From the human T2T-CHM13v2.0 reference genome, Homo sapiens, in NCBI RefSeq assembly GCF_009914755.1, contig NC_060928.1: DNA of 64,000 bases. One strand, written 5' to 3'. Shown here in pieces: positions 26,058 through 38,536 of the stretch (within the stretch, counting starts at the first letter, position 1; each line of letters starts with the position of its first letter). Made by a program: the position numbers and the translations under genes. The notes beneath the pieces were generated by a model. That model did no database searches and was not told the DNA's origin. It worked only from the letters and a program-made list of their open reading frames with translations.

Positions 26058-28162
26058 TTCTTTTTTTAACTTTTATTTTAGGTTCGTGGGTACATGTGAA
26101 GGTTTGTAATTTTAGGTAAACTCATGTCACAGGGATTTGTTGTAGAGATTATTTTGTCACCCAGGTATTAAGCCTATTACTTGATAGTTACTTTTCCTGA
26201 TCCTCTCCCTCCTCCCACCCTCCACCTTCAAGTATACCCCAGTGTCTTTTGTTCTCTTCTTTGTATTCATGAGTTCTCATCATTCACCTCCCACTTATAA
26301 GTGAGAACATGTGTTACTTGAATTTCTCGTCCTGTGTTAGTTTGCTAAGGATAATGGCCTCCAGCTCCATCCATGTTCCCACAAAAAAAGATTTTATTCT
26401 TTTTTTTATGGCTGCATCGCATTTCATGGTGTATATGTGTCATATTTTCTTTATCCGACCTGTCATTGATAGGCATTTAGGTTGACTCCATGTCTTTGCT
26501 ATAGTGAATAGTGCTGCAGTGAACACTCATGTGCCCGTGTCTTTATGGTGGAATGCTTTATATTCCTCTGATTATAAACCCAGTAATGGGATTGCTGGGT
26601 AAAATGGTAGTTCTGCTTTCAGCTCTTTGAGGAATTGCCAGATTGCTTTCCACAATGCTTGAACTAATTTACACTCCCATCAGCAGTGTATAAATGTTCC
26701 CTTTTCTTCACAACTTTGCCAACACCTGTTATTTTTTGACTTTTTAGTAATAGCCATTCTGACTGGTGTGAGCTATTATCTCGTTGTGGTTTCGATTTAC
26801 ATTTCTCTAGTGCTCAGTGATATTGAGCTTTTTCTCATATTCGTATTGGCTGCACGTATGTCTTCTTTTGAAACGTGTCTGTTCATGTTTTTTTATCACT
26901 TTTTAATGGAGTTGTTTTTCTTTTGTAAATTTGCTTAAGTTCCTTAAATACGCTGGATATTAGACCTTTGTCGGATGCATAGTTTGTAAATATGTTTTGC
27001 AATTCTGTAGATTGTCTCCTTACTCTGTTGATAGTTTCTTTTGCTTCACAGAAGCTCTTAAGTTTAATTAGACCCCATTTGTCAATTTTTGCTTTTGTTG
27101 CAATTGCTTTTGGTGTCTTTGTTATGAAATCTTTGCCCACTTCTATTTACAGAATAGTATTACCTAGGTTGTCTTTCAAGATTTTTATAGTTTTGGGCTT
27201 TGCATTTTTGTCTTTAATCCATCTTGAGTTGACCTTTGTATATGGTGTAAGGAAGGATCCAGCTTGAATCTTCTGCTTAGGGCTACCCAGTTATCCCTGC
27301 ACCATTTATTGAATAAGGAGTCCTTTGCCCATTGTTTTGTCATCTTTGTCGAGGATCTGATGGTAACAGGTGTGCAGCCTTATTTCTGGCCTCTTTATTG
27401 TGTTCCATTTGTCTATATGCCTGTTTTTGTACCAGTACCATGCTGTTTTTGTTGCTGTCACCCTGTAGTATAGTTCTAAGTCAGTTTAGTTATTTTTTGT
27501 TTAGGATTGTCTTGGCTATTTGAGTTATTTTTGGGTTCCATATGAATTTTAAAATAGTTTTATTTGTTTGTTTGCTTGTTTAGTTCTGTGAAGAAAGTTG
27601 TGTAGTTTGAAGTCAGCTTTGTTATTTTTGTTTAGGATTGCCTTGGCTATTTGAGTTGTTTTTGGGTTCTGTATAAATTTAAAATTTTTTTTGTTTTTTT
27701 GTTTGTTTAGTTTTGTGAAGAATGTCATTGGTAGTTTGATAGGAATAGCATTGAATCTATCAATTGCTCTGGGCAGTATAGCCATTTTAACAATATTGAT
27801 TCTTCCCATCTATGACAATGGGATGTTTTTCCATTTGTTTGTGTCTTCTCTATTTTCTCTAAGCAGTGTTTTGCAGTTCTCCTTGTAGAGAACTTTTACC
27901 TCCCTGGGTAGGTGTATTCATAGGTCACACATTCACTCGCTGCTTCCCTTGTTGGGGGAGGTTCCCCAGCGCCATGTCACTCCCCAGTGGGCTGTTGTCC
28001 TGCCTTACTTTTCTCCATTCTCCATGGATCTAGTTGTTTCCTTGATTAGTCCCAATGCGTGTACCTGGATGTTCCAGTTGAAGGTGCTGGATTTACTTGT
28101 CCCGTTCATTCCTCTTTGTGACCGTGGTGCACACTAGCTGCTTCTAGTTGGCTATCTTGGCC
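26058..28162 (-). mobile_element. L1PA15/16-like LINE-1 with intact 5' and 3' ends and a large internal deletion
   Basis: 3'UTR at 26060; ORF2 C-terminal peptides ([38 protein letters not shown]); 5'UTR start (rc ggccaagatagccaactagaagcagc) at 27926-28162; TSD aca(t/c)aatcatat on both sides. Confidence 0.92.
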
Positions 28163-28244
28163 ACACAATCATATTTATTTCCTATGAGCTTAAATTATTT
28201 CAGGTAATATTTTCTTTGGCTTTGGCTTAAATTCAGTAATATTT

Positions 28245-28532
<288 letters not shown>

Positions 28533-28962
28533 AAATTCAGTAATATTACTCAGTAAATAATACAACATAGGTTGATGAAAGATTTACTGAAGTAATTATA
28601 CTACTATAGCCAGTGTTGTTATAGATACGAGTAGCATTTTTATAATATCCAAAGGAAATAGTCAATTTTCCTAGGTGTATCCTGAGTAGAAAATGTGAAA
28701 TGAAGTGAGATTCAGATTCTGATCACTCTGCCTCTGATGCCTGTCTTTTTTCTGCTTTCCAATCTACTTTTCTGTTTTTATGTGCTCAAAGTGGTAAAGT
28801 GATGGTAAAGTGATGGTAAAGAATATCAAGAATATTGAGGAAGTCCTTATGTGCAAAATTACTCATATGCATTTTTAGGTGATTTTTTTAAACAGTAAAT
28901 CAATGTTAAATAATGAATGTATTATTTACCTGTCCCTGACTCTTAGAAAGTATGTGTATATT

Positions 28963-28963
<1 letters not shown>

Positions 28964-28993
<30 letters not shown>
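28964..28993. repeat. (GT)15 microsatellite
   Basis: Direct count. Confidence 0.97.
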
Positions 28994-28996
<3 letters not shown>

Positions 28997-29149
28997 TACT
29001 CTCTGAAATGTATTTCTACAATAATTCTCACATTTCACATAGAATACACTTCAAGCAATTGGCTGTGTTTCATCCAACTTTTCTATTACTGCCCTCACAG
29101 ACACTCTAATCTGAACCTAGCTCAAATTTCTTGCAGTTTTAAAAATATA

Positions 29150-29460
29150 ACCTGATCTTTCTCATCAATCTCTTCACCTCTACTCTTCTCTGTGCCTGGG
29201 ATTCTTTCCATTTTCCTCTTAATTGCTAGCTTCAAAGCTCAAGGGTTGTCTTCTACTTGAAACTGTCATGAGATATTTCTTTTCTCAATCTAGTTTCCAT
29301 CTCCTTCTCTTGGTGTTCAGGAATCACCAAGTATTCTCTATCCCTGCACTTCACAGACTATTACGTGGGACATACAAGTGTGGTCTTAGTCATCCCGGTG
29401 ATTCAAATATCAAAGGCAGTGGTTGAGCAACAATTGGTTCTCAATAAAATGTTACTGCTA
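29150..29460 (+). mobile_element. L2 3' fragment (degenerate)
   Basis: 'ctctgtgcctgggattctttcc', 'ttcaaagctcaag' and terminal 'ggttctcaataaaatgtt'. Confidence 0.5.
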
Positions 29461-30169
29461 TTGTTAGAGATAAATCATGTTGAATTTTTGAAAAAGGATG
29501 GAGTTTAAAAGTTTCAGAAGCTTCAATTTTCAGAAATAGGAGGTTTAGAGACTGTCGTTTGAAATACTTATAATAGAAATTTGTGGGAGGATAGACACTT
29601 GTAGCTTCCCTAGGCTGACATCCTCAAAAAAAAGAGAGTGCTTTAGGAAATAATAGACGAAAAGCCCAGAAGGTAAGGTGTAGTCTTTATTGTGTCCGTG
29701 CTGTTTCACTCCTAAGTAGACAGTTCTAAAACATGTAGCATCCTGCATGTGTATACAGGCAATTGCAACACTTACAAAATACTTTTATGATTTTTATGCC
29801 TAACTTCATGGTTATAATATTAATGATTAATAATGTAAAGCATTAGTTAATATCATTATAAATCTTGAAGACTGAAAGGTCAGCCTCTAGAAAAATATTT
29901 CTCCAATCAAATTATTTTAACAAAGAAAGAAATTTTAGTTCAACAAAACAGACTTTCATAACCTTATTGGTGGATAGAGGAAAATAACTGGAACAAGATT
30001 TTTCAACATTCCCTTTTCTATCCACTATATTGCCTCTCTGGTCATTCAGCTGCAAGCTTAGTTTAAAAAGTATAAAGAAATCTTTGTCTATACGCAGGTT
30101 CAACCTTGTTGTCTACACTCAGGTTCACCCCACATCTCAAATAACGTTTCAGAAACAAAATTGCTTTCA

Positions 30170-30502
<333 letters not shown>

Positions 30503-30859
30503 CTAGTTGGGAAGTGGAGTTAGTTTTGAGTTCATGTGTTTATTGTAATCAGTCCATACTGTTTTTCAAACATTATTTCATATATCAGTGGCCAACTTTA
30601 CCTTCTAGGTTACATTCTATTCTTTGTATCAATGTATCTTATATGGAATATTTATATATGGCTAATTAATTTTTATTTTATACTTATTCAAAATATTATT
30701 AAGATCTTATTCAAAATTACCTTTTCTATGCATATGGCTTATTTATATAGGTGAAACCAAGATCCTCTTCCTGATCTTCACATTTTGTTAATTATTTCAA
30801 TTGTTACTTTCCCTAGAAAACTGAAATTTTAAGAAGAGAAATTTCAGACTTCTGCCACA

Positions 30860-32730
30860 CTTTGAGCACCTATACACATACTCTATCTTCCTTTCAACAT
30901 TTGGCTTCTTCCGCTGTGTTCTTGATCCCATCTGCGCTCATGTTCTCAAGGATATGCCTCTAGCAATTTTCCTTTGTCTGTTCTAATTGCAATTAAAAAA
31001 AATTCTTATATCTTCCTAATCAGCTAATTTACATAATATTATTTCTCCATGTTTAGGAAAAAATTCAAAATTTGCTAGCGCTAGCCACTACCCCATTTCA
31101 CTACTTGGCTATTCATGATCAGCTTGCTGACTCCAGTTCTCTTCTCATTCCCTCTTAAACATAATATAATCAGGCTTTCAAACTCAACTCTGCACCAAAA
31201 CTCTTCTACTCCAGGTCACTAACAATATCCATGTTGATAAATCATGCTGTCAGCTCTTCATAAGTATCTTCTATCACACATTAGTCATGTTGAGCATATT
31301 TATTGCCATTGAGAGTCATTCTTAAAATTGCATTTGTAATATTATATTGAATTATTTTTCATCTACCTCACTTCTCTTGCTCTGGTTCTTTCTATTTTTC
31401 TCAAGACCTCCTTATGTTGGTTCCTTGTCCTCATCCTTTCTCTATTTATAAACATTCTCTTGGTGATCTCATTTAGTTCCATGAATTTCAATATGACAAA
31501 TAGTGACAATTTACACATTTATATTCTAACTTCTATGTCAAATACACATCTAACATTCAATGAATCCACTATTTAACTCCTAATTATTTTCCTCCAAGCC
31601 TGCCCTGGCCTAGCCTTCCCTAGCCTAGCCTTCCCATTCTTTGCTGATGATAACGCCAACCTTCCTATCTACTGGTTAGAAAAATCATAGTCCTTCCCGA
31701 TGCTACTCTCACCTACCACATCCATCAGGAAATATTGTTATCATCTTGATTTCATATTTCAATGATTTCTGTCTGTCTCTTAACCTTTTAATCTCTTAAC
31801 CCTGGTCTAATTCATTGTCCTATCAAGTCTTCATTGCTGCAGTAACCACTAGGGGTTCTGCTCTTGTCCCTGTAGTCTGTATTTAAGATTGATGCTGCAG
31901 GGATCCTATAAAATGTGATGCAAATCTGGTCTCCTCTCTAATCAAAACCAAGCAATGACTTTCCATTTCTCTTAGAGTGAAAACCAAATACCTCAACATG
32001 AGTGCCTTGCAAGGTCTACCCATGCTGTGGACTGAACTGTGCCCCTGCTGCAAATACATATGTTGAAGCCCAAACCCCAATGTGATGGTAACTGGGAGAA
32101 GGGGCCTTTGGTTGACAATTAGGTTTAGATGAAATCATGAGGGTATGGCCCTCGTGATGGGATTAGTGCGCTTATAAGAAAAGCCACCAGAGATCTTGCT
32201 CTCTCACTTTTCTGCCATGTGACAACACAATGAGAAGGCAGCTGACTACAATTCAACAAGAGGGCCCTCAACAGAACTATGGCATACTGTCACCCTGATC
32301 TCAGACTCCCAGCCTCCAGACCTTTGAGAATATATATTTCTGTTGTTAAATGCATCTAGTCTATGGTATTTTATTATGGCAGCAAACGCTGACTGATAAA
32401 GACCTTTATTAACTTTCTGAAATATCCTTCTATTATCTCCTTTACTCCAACCACAGCCTTTTTTTTTTTTTTTTAACTTCATAAAACCACCAGGCAAAAC
32501 CCTGCCCCTCAGATCTAGTTCTAACTCTTTGCTCTGCCCAGAATAATCTTCTGGAAGACATTCGCTTGCCAAAAGATTTTACCTCATTCAAGGCATCATT
32601 AAAATCACACTTTCTCAGTCAAGCCCTATTTTATACTGCACCAGCCATCACATCTACAACTCTTCTCAAGACTCTGACTCCTCACTCTGCTCTAAATTTT
32701 TTTTCTCATAGAACATACCATCTTCTAACC
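30860..32730 (+). mobile_element. L2 LINE fragment interrupted by MLT1
   Basis: Pyrimidine-rich L2 motifs 'ttggtgatctcatttagttccatg', 'caatgactttccatttctcttagagtgaaaaccaaa' and 'caggcaaaaccctgcccctcag'. Confidence 0.75.
32023..32400 (+). mobile_element. MLT1A0/B-like solo LTR
   Basis: tgctgtggactgaactgtg start; 'caccctgatctcagactcccagcctccaga'; 'agtctatggtattttattatggcagc'. Confidence 0.9.
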
Positions 32731-33955
32731 CTAAGATTGATGCTGTGGTGATCCTAACATCTAAAGGTGAAATTTTAAGGTGTTTTATACGATCTAGGTT
32801 AGTTTTTGCCTGATAACTCAGAATATTGATGTCTTAGGTTAATTATTATGGAACAGATTTCATAACCTTTTTTCTCTTAAAATGTACGTAATAAACATTT
32901 ATTGGTAATCTTCACTGTGAACGTTAAAACCTTTGTATGTAAATACCTTATTATTTTTAAACTTTCATTTTGTTAATACAAAAACCATAACCTCATTAGG
33001 TTATTTCCATTTGGAGTACTAAATTTGCACTTTCCTAATGTACCTTGTCTAGCATAAAGTATTTATTTTAAAGATCTAAAGTTCTTATTGTGAAACCCTT
33101 TGTAATAGAATATAATCCAAAGTATTTGGTAAATATCTGTGATCAAAATAAAAACATGTCTCTCCTCAATCTTATATTCTCATGATTATATCTCACATAT
33201 CTTGTGGCTACAAATCCAGCTGTTTTGAGTTACAAATACTATTATTATCTTTTGACAATTTTCTTGTTCAAAAGTCCCTTTTATATCACAAGGCTTGTAT
33301 TGAAACTTTCTCAAAGTCACTGTTCAAACCATTCCTATTCTACTCACAAGGTCCTTTCAAATTTATACATTTTGACCTCTAATTTTCATTCTTTATGTTA
33401 AGATGTTTCTCTAAAACCTCCATTTGTGGTATTTTTAAAAGCTTTTTCTTTGTTTTGGTGGGTTGTGAATTTCTCTTTAATAAGTACATATCTGTTCAAT
33501 AACTTTAAAAGTAGATGTAAATTTTTAATATTCCTTCCTCCTTTTTTACTTTATACAAAATGTAACTTTGTTCTGTTTAATCACCATTTTAAAAATTCTA
33601 GACTATAATAAAAATTATAAACTTTTTGTTAGTATAGTTTACTCCTTTCCTTCTTATTATTTTGTATAGCTTCTTTTAGCTGTTAAAAAAAAAAACTTAC
33701 TGTCACTCCATTGTCCGAATGAATCTTAAAGGTTTTAGCCACAACTTTATTCTTCTGTGGACTCAAGTCCCTGTCTGAGAGTGAATTAGGTGCTTAGAGA
33801 AGAACATTAACACCTACAATGCATGAATAATGTTCAAAACAGAACCCAGGTGACTAAAAAAATTTATGTACCTGATGCCAAAAATACTTATAGGGCCCAA
33901 CTAAGGTACCAGAGAAAAGGAATAACAGAATGAGTTAGAAAGAATCCTTGGAGAT

Positions 33956-34330
33956 CATATTAGTTCATTCTCACACTGCTATAAGGACATACCCAAGACT
34001 GGGTAATTTATGAATAAAAGACGTTTAATTGACTCACAGTTCCACAGGGCTGTGGAGGCCTCAGGATACTTGCAATCATGGTGGAAGTGGAAGCAAACAT
34101 GTCCTTCTTCACATAGTGGCAGCAAAGAGAAGCGCAGAGTGAAGTGGGGGATAACTCCTTATAAAACTATCAGATCTCATGAGAACTCACTCACTATCAC
34201 AAGAACATCATGGAGGTAAACACACCCAATATTCAATTACCTCCCATTTGGTCCCTTCCATGACATGTGGGGATTATGGGAACTATGGTTCAAGACAAGA
34301 TTTTGGTGAGTACACAGCCAAACCATATCA
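33956..34330 (-). mobile_element. THE1 (C/D-like) MaLR solo LTR
   Basis: 'tattagttcattctcacactgctataaggacatacccaagactgggtaatttat'...'acacagccaaaccatatca'; TSD GAGAT. Confidence 0.95.
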
Positions 34331-34659
34331 GAGATCATCTGCTCTAGTTTCTTGCCTTCAGGCAGGCACATGTTGAAACTATCCAGGACAGGGTTTCTAA
34401 TATTGTTCTGGAGATCCAGTGTTCATTTTTTCTTCTCTTTAAACTTAAAGTAGTTGTACAATGCTATGTATCTGGTGCTTACTGACACTCCCTAAATAGA
34501 ATGCTTACCTTGGATCATTTGTTACTTGTAAATATTCACTTGACCAAGGGTAATACTACCCTTCATTTTAAATTGAACTAACATTAATATTCTACTGCTT
34601 TAAATATAGATATAAAGATAAACTAGGATAGGTAAACTAAAACTATAAACAAATATTTT

Positions 34660-34850
34660 ATTAGGAATCAGAAGAGACTCAATATGGTTCTGTCATCAGA
34701 GCCTTGATATTTCGAACACAGCATTTTTTTCCTTGTAAAGTGTTAAAAGTAATATTTACATTGACTATATCATTGGGTTGTTGTAAGAATTAAATAAACA
34801 AATGCGTGTGACAGTGCCAAGAAATCTACAGAGTGCTGTTTAATTATAAG
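34660..34850 (+). mobile_element. MIR (degenerate)
   Basis: 'cattgggttgttgtaagaattaaataaacaaatgcgtgtgacagtgc'. Confidence 0.55.
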
Positions 34851-35222
34851 GCCTTTAATCCCACTTCTTCTATGCCACTCACAGAATTTTGTTTACATAG
34901 CTATTAGAGCACTCGGGACATCATTTCTTAGTATTAAATGTCTCTCTTCAGTTTTCTCACCACCAAGATTGTAAACTATTAGAAAGCAGAGGATCTGCTT
35001 TATTGTTATATTTCCTGATTGTTAAAAATAGCCATGCTATAGATATAATAGCCACTGCATAAGTATGCAATTAATCAGTAGATTAATATGTAGATTTCAT
35101 CGCTGATTTGCAAAATTAATATGAGTAACTATGCTATGTTAGAAACAGAAAACAAAGATATAATAAAAATAGTCTGAGTTGTAAATTGCCAGATTTCAAG
35201 GATAAAAAGTTATGTAATATAT

Positions 35223-35740
35223 TTAATTGTTTTAATTTTTAGCTCCCACAAATAAGTGAGAATTTGTGAAGATTGTCTTTCGGTGCTTGGCTTATCTCAC
35301 TTAACATAACATTTTCCAGTTCTATCCATGTTGTTGTAAATGACAGGATCTCATTCTTTTTTATAGTTGAATAATTTTCCATTGAACATATGGAGATAAA
35401 GAGTAGAATGATGGTTACCAGAGGCTGGGAAGGGGAGAAGGGAAAGAGGGGAAAAGTGGGGATGGTTAATGGGTACAAAAATATCATTAGATAGAATGAA
35501 TAAGATCTAATGTATGACAGCACAAAAGGGTGACTATAATCAACAATAATTTATTGTATATTTTAAAATAACTAAAAGAACATTCATAACACAAAGAAAT
35601 GATAAATGATTGATATGACAGATACACCATTTACCCTGACATGATTATTACACATGGTATGTCTGTATCAAAATGTCTCATGTACCTCATAAATATATAT
35701 ACCTACTATGTATTCATAAACATTAATAATTTTTAAAAAA
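35223..35740 (+). mobile_element. L1MA-type 3' end with a 5' inversion
   Basis: 35223-35380 is antisense L1 ('tagctcccacaaataagtgag'); 35381-35740 is sense ('gagtagaatgatggttaccagaggctggg'...A-rich end); degenerate TSD aaaaa..tatgtaat.ta. Confidence 0.88.
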
Positions 35741-36080
35741 CATATGTAATGTAAATTGGTACCACAAATATTGCCAACACACATTTTGAAGAGAATATCC
35801 ATGGAAAGAGATAACTCATTCGTGAAATTCCTAAAATTAAAGGTCTAATATTATCATTTCTAACTATGTCTGCTTCTAGTACCAAAGTCCAGTGTACTAT
35901 GCTCTAAGGAGTGATGGAATGCCTGTGTAAATACTAGTTCTGTCATATGGTCATATCACGTGCGATCTTGGGAAGTTGTGACATTTATGGTTCATAAAGG
36001 ACAGAGATGTCTACTGCTTAATTTTAAGTATTATGAATTATTGCCCTGCTTTGTAACCATCTCATTTCATGTTTCAAGCC

Positions 36081-36467
36081 TGCTATGGTTTGAGTCTGTG
36101 TCCCCATGCAAATCTCATGTCAAATTGTAATCCCCAGTGTTGGAAGTGGGGCCTGGTGGGAGGTGATTAGATCATGGGGGAAGATTTCCCCTTTGGTGCT
36201 GTTCTGGTGTTAGTGTGTGAGTTAGCATGAGTTCTGGTTATTTAAAAGTCTGTAGCACCTCTCCCTTCTCTCTCTTGCTTCTGCTCCAGCCACGTGAGGC
36301 ATTCCTGCTTCCACTTTGCCCTCTGCCATGATTGTAAGTTTCCTGATGCCTCCCCAGCCATGCTTCCTGTACAGCCTGCAGAACCATGAGCCAAGTAAAC
36401 CTCTTCCCTTTATAAATTACCCAGTCTCAGGTAGTTCTTTGTAGCGGTATGAGAATGAACTAATACA
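36081..36467 (+). mobile_element. MSTA/MSTB MaLR solo LTR
   Basis: tgctatggtttg...gaactaataca; 'tataaattacccagtctcaggtagttcttt'. Confidence 0.93.
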
Positions 36468-37849
36468 AAAGCTTTAGTCAAGCCTGTTCAAATCAGTGGT
36501 AGTTTAGGACATTAGAGGTAGAGAATTCAACAAATGCAACAACTTAGAGTCTGGTACAACTAATAGAAATATAAAAACATCAAGGACCACCTAAAATATT
36601 TGAATAAGTCCTTAGTTATCACCATATCTGGGAGACATATTTATGTCAATATTACTTTAAGAAAAGAAAAAAGGCTATCTTGAGAAAACTTGAGGAATGG
36701 AGATATGAAGATGCTGACAAAATTGTGGTATAGTAAGAGAAAAAGAAAAGCTACTAACAAATATAGAGCATAGTCTATTTACAAAGAAGTAAGACTTTTC
36801 ACCTGAAATAAAGTTCTTAGAGTTTTGTTGAAATTATTGAGATTGCAAAATATTTAAATCAGAATAATTTGCCTCTCATTTACTGGGTCTACATTAACAT
36901 TCTGAAAGATGATATCACAATTAATAACGATGTCATTGTAACTAGAAAGAAGAAAAATATACTACCAAGAATATCTTTCATAACTACCCATTTGTAATTT
37001 AACATGTGGTTTACGCCATCCTATCAAAAGGTCAAAATAGAACAAAAATAAAAATGCAAAAGAGGATTTCAATTCTAATCACATACTTGTCTGAGTCTCT
37101 TGAAGTTCTGGGACTGATAATCCCAATTGGCTAAAATGGTGCGAATGTTAAAGAAAAGGAAATGAATAAAAAGGAAAAGATGGTTCACTTATGTAGGGAT
37201 GACTATTTACTCTTTGATGATTCATGCCTTTTACTCAACATGATATATCAGGGGGCATAAAGTCAACAAATTTTGTGCAATTTTCTCCTCCTTTAGGTAT
37301 TTTTAAATGCAAAATGTTATGCCATTTTAAAAACACAGTGATATTTTCTTGTTAAAGTAGTTGCAGAGATATATAACATTGCTTTTTGATGAAAATTAAG
37401 AAGCTTGTATGTTCATCAGGAATGGGTTTTGTATATTCATCAGGGAAAAAAGTTCTGATTCTTCAGTATGGGAGAGGAGGAGGTGAAATACTATTTAATG
37501 GAAAAGCCTTGAACAGACAAAGTAAACACAAATATAAATGCCAGTAATGAAGAAAATAAACGTTTTAGACTGATATCTAAAAATATATGGGAGAGTAGTG
37601 ACGGATAGAATCCCATTATATGTAAGGAGGGAAGGAAATGTCACAAGATTGAAGAGTTGAGGAATATTTGGGCTACGGTAAACAGAGCAGTTCATGTTCT
37701 CATTTTATAACCTAAAGTTAAGTGATTCACCAGGATCATCAACATGGCATAAAAACTAAAGTTTCTGGATACTTAAAGCAAGGACTGCTCCACTGTTTGA
37801 CTGTGATAGTTAGAAAGGCTGAGCTTGTCCAACTGCTTTTGTTATGAAA

Positions 37850-38079
37850 CACAGTGTGATGCAGAGGTCAGGAGTGCAGGCTCTGGAGCAAGACTCCCTG
37901 AACCCCATCTCAGCTCCTTATCAGTACTGAGACTTTGACAACTTACTAATCTCTGCAGTTTTGTTTCCTCATCTGTAAAAGGGATGTACCTAACAATACC
38001 ACACACCTCACAGGGTTTTTACTGGTAGCTTATTTAATGCATAAACAGTGCACAGAACTGTACTTAATACATAATAAGG
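37850..38079 (+). mobile_element. MIR SINE, 3' end interrupted by MLT1
   Basis: 'gcaggctctggagc', 'gtttcctcatctgtaaaa' and 'cacctcacagggtt'. Confidence 0.85.
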
Positions 38080-38080
38080 A

Positions 38081-38536
38081 CAGATTAGTTTCCTGTGGCT
38101 GCTGTACCAAAGAACCTCAAACGCGGTGGCTTAAAACAGAAATTTATTCTCACAGTTGCAGAGTCTAGACGTCTGAAATATGACAGGACTGCCTTCTCTC
38201 AGGTAGCTGTAAGGGAAAGTCTGTTCCTTGTCTCCTCCATCTTCTGGTGCTGCCCATTGTTCCTGGGCTTGCAGCCACATCACTCCAATCTCTGCCTCCA
38301 TCCTCACATCACCTCCTCCTTTGTGTTTCTCTGTGTAAAATCTTCCTCTGACTCTATCTTATTAGGACACTTGTGAGTGCATTTAGGGCTCATCCAGTTA
38401 ATAGGGTTATCTCTTCATGTCAAGATTCTTAATCACATCTGCAAAGGAACTTTGTTTTTTTCAAATAAGGAAACATTAACAAATTCCAGCGATTAGGACT
38501 TGAAGATTATTGGTTGCCACTATTCAACCTACTACG
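38081..38536 (-). mobile_element. MLT1B/C-like solo LTR
   Basis: 'ttagtttcctgtggctgctgta...gtggcttaaaacagaaatttattctcacag'...'ccactattcaacctactac'; flanking TAAGG repeats. Confidence 0.9.

Noticed and set aside
28788-28821. Short tandem repeats (gtgatggtaaa x2-3; similar ones at ~31610, ~42355 and ~49329)
   Set aside because: These are ordinary slippage micro-duplications with no further structure.
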